Source: Albugo candida
Lineage: Eukaryota
Direction of reading: 5' to 3'
Length of the DNA: 64,000 nucleotides
Assembly (NCBI GenBank): GCA_040437565.1
Contig: JBDOQK010000048.1
Location: 124,001-188,000 of the forward strand
Made by a program: the position numbers and the translations under genes. Positions 60,707 through 64,000 of this stretch are shown here, in pieces (within the stretch, counting starts at the first letter, position 1; every line of letters begins with the position of its first letter). A model generated the notes under the pieces. That model had not been told where the DNA came from, did not search any database, and saw nothing but the letters and a program-made list of their open reading frames with translations.

Positions 60707-61282
60707 TTAATTAATGTCGTGAGCTAATGAACGGATAAAAGAGAGCAATTGGTACGACACAAGAAGAAGGCAAACTGGACCCAGAAATGGAGAAATCATA
60801 GACAGCGATTGGGTTTGCCATTTTCGATCTAAATCCTTTTCATTTTTCCATTTGTTGGTGGTGGATTCGATCTTGTTAGATGCATCCGTTTGCGTTGACA
60901 AGTCTGGCCGCTTCAATTGCTCCAGTTTTCGGGCGTTTTCCTGCTTCCATTTGCCAATTTCCTGCGTTAAATTTGATATTGTAAGCGTTGTTTGCGTTAA
61001 TAGCGTTTGAATATCATTTAAGTTTGAATGCATTTCCGCTTGCACACTTCTTTCCATCGCCTCGATTTTCTGTCGAGTTCCTGTGACATATAATTGCGTC
61101 TTTTCCAGCTCTTCTCCAAGGATTCTTGTGACAAACTGACGCGACGAATCCATACGGCTTTGAAGTGTTGCAAGTTTACACGTTGTTGCGCTTTCCGTCG
61201 GACTTGAAGTGCATATTTTATCGAAACTATGACGGGCTCTAATCGCGCCGTTTAGAAGCAGCAATGCAAACACGATGCGCAT
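60707..61282 (-). CDS. Hypothetical protein with signal peptide, coiled coil and C-terminal hydrophobic anchor, 191 aa
   Basis: MRIVFALLLLNGAIRA signal, central heptad repeat, hydrophobic C-terminus. Confidence 0.7.
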   Translation of the reverse strand: MRIVFALLLLNGAIRARHSFDKICTSSPTESATTCKLATLQSRMDSSRQFVTRILGEELEKTQLYVTGTRQKIEAMERSVQAEMHSNLNDIQTLLTQTTLTISNLTQEIGKWKQENARKLEQLKRPDLSTQTDASNKIESTTNKWKNEKDLDRKWQTQSLSMISPFLGPVCLLLVSYQLLSFIRSLAHDIN

Positions 61283-61707
61283 GTTGCACGAGTGTAGCTG
61301 TGATGTAGCATGAAACCCCCACTTTCTCTATAATATAAATCTTGGGTTATGACACAATTATGTCATTGGAGTGTCATAGAGTTAACTCGAATGTATTCCA
61401 TGCCTCTTGCCTTGAAGTGTAGTAGATGCTTTGACAAGATAGGCCCGTCTGAGTCAGACTTTCACGGCATACAATCACGCAACTGGATTTCAAAGTTCTG
61501 AACAACGATCAGTTTACCCAGAATCAATGATATGTGAAATGATACATTACGATAATGAGGTGCCTGTGTGATCCTATAATGCATTTAATCGATGGTGCCG
61601 CTCAAACGCATAAGTATGGTTTGACGACAACGTTAGAACAGTACACTCGCAGCTCGTAGAAAACAATATGTTTTGAACAAAAAACAAAAAGTTACTTGAG
61701 AGTTACT

Positions 61708-63129
61708 TCAAAACCATAGAGAAGACAAGAGTAGCACCGGGAAATACACACTCAAACTAATAAGCGCCAATCCGCTTGCGTGGTTCACGTGACCCGCATC
61801 GATATCAGTAACATCACCAAACTTGTGGGTCGCATTTCCGGTACTTCCATCGGCCCCTACGGCCAATTTCAGCGTTGGATATTCCCACGACTTGGGTGCG
61901 ACCTGACAATCATCCTTCTCTGTCGTGCATATCACACACATTTGTTGATACAAATCCCTCTTACATCCAAATTTGGCTTCACTACATTTCTTCACGTTTT
62001 CGTAACAAGGCGGATTCGCTTTTGTGAGGGAGTCGATGCTCGGAAGAGGATCAAAATTAGATACTGTTTTAGATGGAATGATTGGAGAAGTGAACGACTC
62101 GTTCAGCATGAGAGTGTACAAATCGATTAAGCTGATGGTACGATTCCGGTTCGCTTCGAGCTCCTGAGGCTTGCTCCAAAAATCGATTCCTTTGATCCAT
62201 TTTCCCTCCTCAGTGGCCTCAAACTCGATTCCTCCATCTCGACAGAACTCGGCAAAGTCTTGATACGTTTTGCCAGACGTACTTTTCATCGAAGTTATTC
62301 CCACGAGGTCATCGAGTGCAACGTACCCAAGTACTTTGTAATTGTAGGTGCAGTCTACACCATTTGGTAATTTATCCATATCACATAACCCACGACGTGT
62401 TGATTTTCTACACGATGAAGATTTATTGGGCCAGGCTTGCAACGGGCACGTATTCGGGTAAGAAAACCAAGTGTTATTTGCATATGGTGCGCGTGGGTCA
62501 CTTTCTTTTGACTCGCCGCCAATAAATGGTCCCAATTCGGGTTGATTGTTATCGCCGTTGATATAATAACACTCTTCGGAGAAAATATCGACACCGTTTT
62601 TTGTGCCGACAGGCGTACACCGTCCAGAATCCATCGGAAGCATCGGCCCATATTCGGTGTTAGTGGTGTTTTGATACAGCGCAAGGGTCTCATTTGTTTG
62701 GGCGAATACAATGTGATAAAACACAATATATTTCATGTTATTTTTTCGACGACATCGATCTTCTTTGCCTCGAACTTTATGATTAATGCCTTCTGCCTGC
62801 ACATACATAAGCGCACCTTCCACAGATGCAAGATTCACGCTATCCATAAGCCCCACAAAGCCATCTTTCATTGTGTCATAATAGCCGGATACAAAACGAC
62901 CATCCTTCCAAACGGGTTCGTCGCTCTGAACTCGGGCCTGGATAGCTTGCACGGGCCGAAAATGATACGAATCACGCGTTTTGATGGGTCGGAGTGAACT
63001 CACAAAATCGGAAGAGGTTTCACTATCAACCGCTTGCAATAATTTACGAAGACCATATGTGTTGCTTTTCAAAGGACAGCATGCAAACACGATGAGAAGG
63101 TGGAAGGTGAAACGTTCAGGTAATTTCAT
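61708..63129 (-). CDS. Secreted Cys-rich surface protein with probable GPI-anchor signal, 473 aa
   Basis: N-terminal signal, many Cys, SVEGALMYVQAEGIN motif, and a hydrophobic tail running to the stop with no cytosolic residues. Confidence 0.8.
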   Translation of the reverse strand: MKLPERFTFHLLIVFACCPLKSNTYGLRKLLQAVDSETSSDFVSSLRPIKTRDSYHFRPVQAIQARVQSDEPVWKDGRFVSGYYDTMKDGFVGLMDSVNLASVEGALMYVQAEGINHKVRGKEDRCRRKNNMKYIVFYHIVFAQTNETLALYQNTTNTEYGPMLPMDSGRCTPVGTKNGVDIFSEECYYINGDNNQPELGPFIGGESKESDPRAPYANNTWFSYPNTCPLQAWPNKSSSCRKSTRRGLCDMDKLPNGVDCTYNYKVLGYVALDDLVGITSMKSTSGKTYQDFAEFCRDGGIEFEATEEGKWIKGIDFWSKPQELEANRNRTISLIDLYTLMLNESFTSPIIPSKTVSNFDPLPSIDSLTKANPPCYENVKKCSEAKFGCKRDLYQQMCVICTTEKDDCQVAPKSWEYPTLKLAVGADGSTGNATHKFGDVTDIDAGHVNHASGLALISLSVYFPVLLLSSLWF

Positions 63130-63512
63130 GATTTGTGATGTGGTGAATACCGGAATGACTTGAGCACCATGGCTACGCTGAGTGACGTGATCCGAAAGTT
63201 TCGACGAACACGAAGAGAAAGTTGATGACTACCACGAAACTGTCAGTTTATCGGCATACGTTGTCCAGCACGTTTTGTGTGGTGACGTTACCACTTCAAT
63301 ATCAAAGTTTGAACGAAAGAGCAGTGCGACATTTCAAGAGTCACCTGAACCGTCAGTAAGACTACAAAACGGGTCAAGCGTACTCATTTTATTGCTTTGA
63401 TCCAGTTGGTGGTATGTGGGCAATACAGATGAGAAAAGATGGGTGACTATACACGTACTCTAAATTTCAAATGATTAAGTACGCGTACCGTATATTCCGT
63501 ACTTAAAAGCCG

Positions 63513-64000
63513 TCAAGTCATTTTGAAAGTCTTGTATTCAGGGAAAACTTGTAATAGTATTTCATCCCAAACACTGAACGCCACGTTTTTGACAAATGTT
63601 TCGTGCTGTAAAAATTCATGCAATTTGACCGCAGCCGCACCACACGAATTCTCTCCAAAAAGTGATACAAAAGTTGTCGGAACACTCGCCAAAATTAATT
63701 TTAGACATTCTTGACGTGCATTTTGTGATTCCGACGCACTCGGCGGCGTTCGTTCTTTTTCCACATATTCTGACTTCATTTGATCCTTTATAACCGCATG
63801 CAGCTCATCAAGAAGCGTTCCCACATGCTCTGGCTCCATGACCGCTGCAAATTGCTTCTCAAAGAGTCGAATATGACTGCTGGTAAGAAACGCGCGGATA
63901 AAGGATCGTGACAGAGCAAATATCTGTCTTCGTACCATCCCAATACCATCAAACTCAAATATCTCATTCAGTACACCAACCAAACTCTCTTCCATGTCCT
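63513..64000 (-). CDS. Sorting-nexin C-terminal (Nexin_C) domain protein, 3' end only
   Basis: LNEIFEF...VRRQ and LHEFLQHETFVKNVAFSVWDEILLQVFPE resemble Nexin_C of the SNX13/14/19/25 and Mdm1 group. Confidence 0.78.
   Translation of the reverse strand, partial: DMEESLVGVLNEIFEFDGIGMVRRQIFALSRSFIRAFLTSSHIRLFEKQFAAVMEPEHVGTLLDELHAVIKDQMKSEYVEKERTPPSASESQNARQECLKLILASVPTTFVSLFGENSCGAAAVKLHEFLQHETFVKNVAFSVWDEILLQVFPEYKTFKMT

Overview
Eukaryotic draft-assembly window, intron-rich and gene-dense, from an oomycete. Albugo-like is inferred from the very short introns, compact intergenic spacers, THAQKY Myb, EPIC-like cystatins and oomycete-type kinase. Genes recognised: eEF2 3' end, S9B dipeptidyl peptidase, proteasome alpha-6, NAD(P)HX epimerase, a ~4,101-aa intronless single-chain fungal-type fatty acid synthase with two ACPs, PWP2, RPC6, TMEM209-like, RIB43A, Myb, NIPA, MAK-like kinase, TTC1, EEP phosphoesterase, an Ig-like/laminin-B protein, a CAMK-like kinase, secreted proteins and a Nexin_C 3' end. 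Two gene-sparse islands (~26.7-32 kb and ~45-52.5 kb) hold Ty1/copia debris and two cystatin paralogues. There are 13 gaps of 100 N, and 10 are flanked by direct duplications that look like unmerged overlaps. Best leads: a membrane-anchored cystatin fused to an unnamed module, with an LTR-abutted paralogue; a ~220-bp fold-back built from copia RT; the double-ACP single-chain FAS; a GNAT fragment missed by the ORF track; and a GC-AG intron. All homology calls were made by eye from motifs, and no searches were run.
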